From positions 480,001-544,000 of the forward strand of contig CAWJQU010000005.1 in NCBI GenBank assembly GCA_963845145.1: DNA of 64,000 nucleotides. The letters run 5' to 3'. Numbering within the stretch: position 1 is the stretch's first letter; every line of letters begins with the position of its first letter. This document shows positions 62,898-64,000 of the stretch, in pieces. The notes under the pieces are model-generated. The model saw only the letters and a list, made by a program, of their open reading frames with translations. It ran no database searches and had not been told where the DNA came from. This DNA comes from an uncultured delta proteobacterium. Its GTDB lineage: Bacteria > Desulfobacterota > Desulfobacteria > Desulfobacterales > QNYZ01. The translations under genes and the position numbers were made by a program.

Positions 62898-64000
62898 TTA
62901 TTCGGGTAAACTGGGCTCGGGTGGAGATAAAAATCGGTGCCACATTTCAATCACGGCCCGTCGTCGATTTTGAAAACGGGTGGTGTCGATTTTAATCGGC
63001 TTCTCCTGAAGGGCCAGGCGGTGGGCTGTCAGACGGTAACTGAGATAGGCCTGTTTGAGGAGGTACCCCTGGCGATCGGCAATGATACCGGTTTCGATGA
63101 GGGTTTGAATCAAACGGACATTATCCGTCCAATCGACAAGGTCTGAATGGGTCGATGATAAATTGAGGACCAGGTACTGAACGAGAAATTCGATATCCAC
63201 TATGCCACCGGGATCGAATTTCAGGTCAAAAGTGTCGGCCGCCTCGCTACCGTGTTCCGCCCGCAACTTTTCAGCCATTTTACTGACTTCATCTCTCAAA
63301 GTAGCCGGGTCACGTGGCGTCTGCAGAACCGTTTGGCGTATTCTGTTAAACCGTTCGATCAACAGAGAGTCCCCAATGACGGGACGGGCTTTGATTAAAG
63401 CCTGGTGCTCCCAGATTCTGGCTGTATTCAGCTGGTAGACGTTGAACTGATCGATGTGGGTTACTAAAATTCCCCCACTGCCGTCGGGTCGAAGGCGCAT
63501 ATCAATGTCATAAAGCATACCGGCGCTGGTGCGTGTCGAGAGCAAATGGATGACGCGCTGGCCTAATCGCGCAAAAAATTGGGGCGAATCGATGGACCGT
63601 TTACCGTCGGTAGGTTGACCGCCACAGCCGGCATGTAAAAAGACCAGGTCAAGGTCAGAACTGTAGCTCAACTCCAGGCCCCCAAGTTTGCCATAGGCGA
63701 TAACGGCAAACCCACGTTTCAGAGGTGCATTCTCCAGAACACAAACCGGGCTTCCATGTCGGGCCAGCAGGTGATCCCAGGCAAGAGCGACAACCCTATT
63801 CAATATGACTTCGGCGATATCGGTTAAACGGTCACTGACATTCATCAGGGGAAGATTGCCGGTCACATCGGCGGCGGCAACCCGCAGCGTGTTGACCTGT
63901 TTGAACACGCATAAGGTTTCAATTTGAAATTCGAGATCGTCTGCAGGGATGGCTGCCAGTCGATGTTCGATATCTCTTTCCATCTCCAAGCGTTGGGGCG
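62898..64000 (-). CDS. glnE: Glutamine synthetase adenylyltransferase (C-terminal part, truncated by window)
   Basis: YGKLGGLELSYSSDLDL, DMRLRPDG, WEHQAL, GGIVDIEF. Confidence 0.93.
   Translation of the reverse strand, partial: PQRLEMERDIEHRLAAIPADDLEFQIETLCVFKQVNTLRVAAADVTGNLPLMNVSDRLTDIAEVILNRVVALAWDHLLARHGSPVCVLENAPLKRGFAVIAYGKLGGLELSYSSDLDLVFLHAGCGGQPTDGKRSIDSPQFFARLGQRVIHLLSTRTSAGMLYDIDMRLRPDGSGGILVTHIDQFNVYQLNTARIWEHQALIKARPVIGDSLLIERFNRIRQTVLQTPRDPATLRDEVSKMAEKLRAEHGSEAADTFDLKFDPGGIVDIEFLVQYLVLNLSSTHSDLVDWTDNVRLIQTLIETGIIADRQGYLLKQAYLSYRLTAHRLALQEKPIKIDTTRFQNRRRAVIEMWHRFLSPPEPSLPE

Overview
Chromosomal segment from an anaerobic deltaproteobacterium, most consistent with a Desulfobacterales-type sulfate reducer (inferred from gene content). 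It holds about 57 CDSs. I recognised no rRNA, tRNA, CRISPR array, transposase, integrase or phage gene. Housekeeping blocks: SAM and haem metabolism (mtnA, ahbB, metK-ahcY, sirC-ccsA-hemA), dksA-PHP-rnc, PBP1A, hisI-hisG, engB, lgt and a nitrogen-assimilation cluster (glnE-glnD-amtB-PII-glnA). Accessory blocks: a TAXI-TRAP transporter with a two-component system, a FecR/OmpA/CHASE2-HD-GYP/OmpA module, a sigma54-controlled Orange-protein (orp)-like Fe-S cluster, a haem-c sensor kinase, a VWA-kinase-regulator module, a YiiX-like peptidase/7TM-DISM pair and a double-CZB chemoreceptor. Points the ORF track misses: (1) ORFs 42093-42344 and 42414-42812 are one selenocysteine peroxiredoxin, with UGA at the catalytic position, a SECIS-like hairpin, no canonical resolving Cys and two in-frame starts; (2) metK and ahcY each carry a single-base frameshift; (3) a split DUF5320-like gene; (4) a 99-bp element bounded by inverted repeats; (5) clear sigma54/enhancer and 11-bp-repeat operator architectures. 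The best candidates for poorly described systems are the orp-IscU-selenoperoxiredoxin operon, the phosphoesterase plus ParB/Srx-DUF4032-RAM pair, and three envelope-signalling modules. All family calls come from motif recognition, not database searches.
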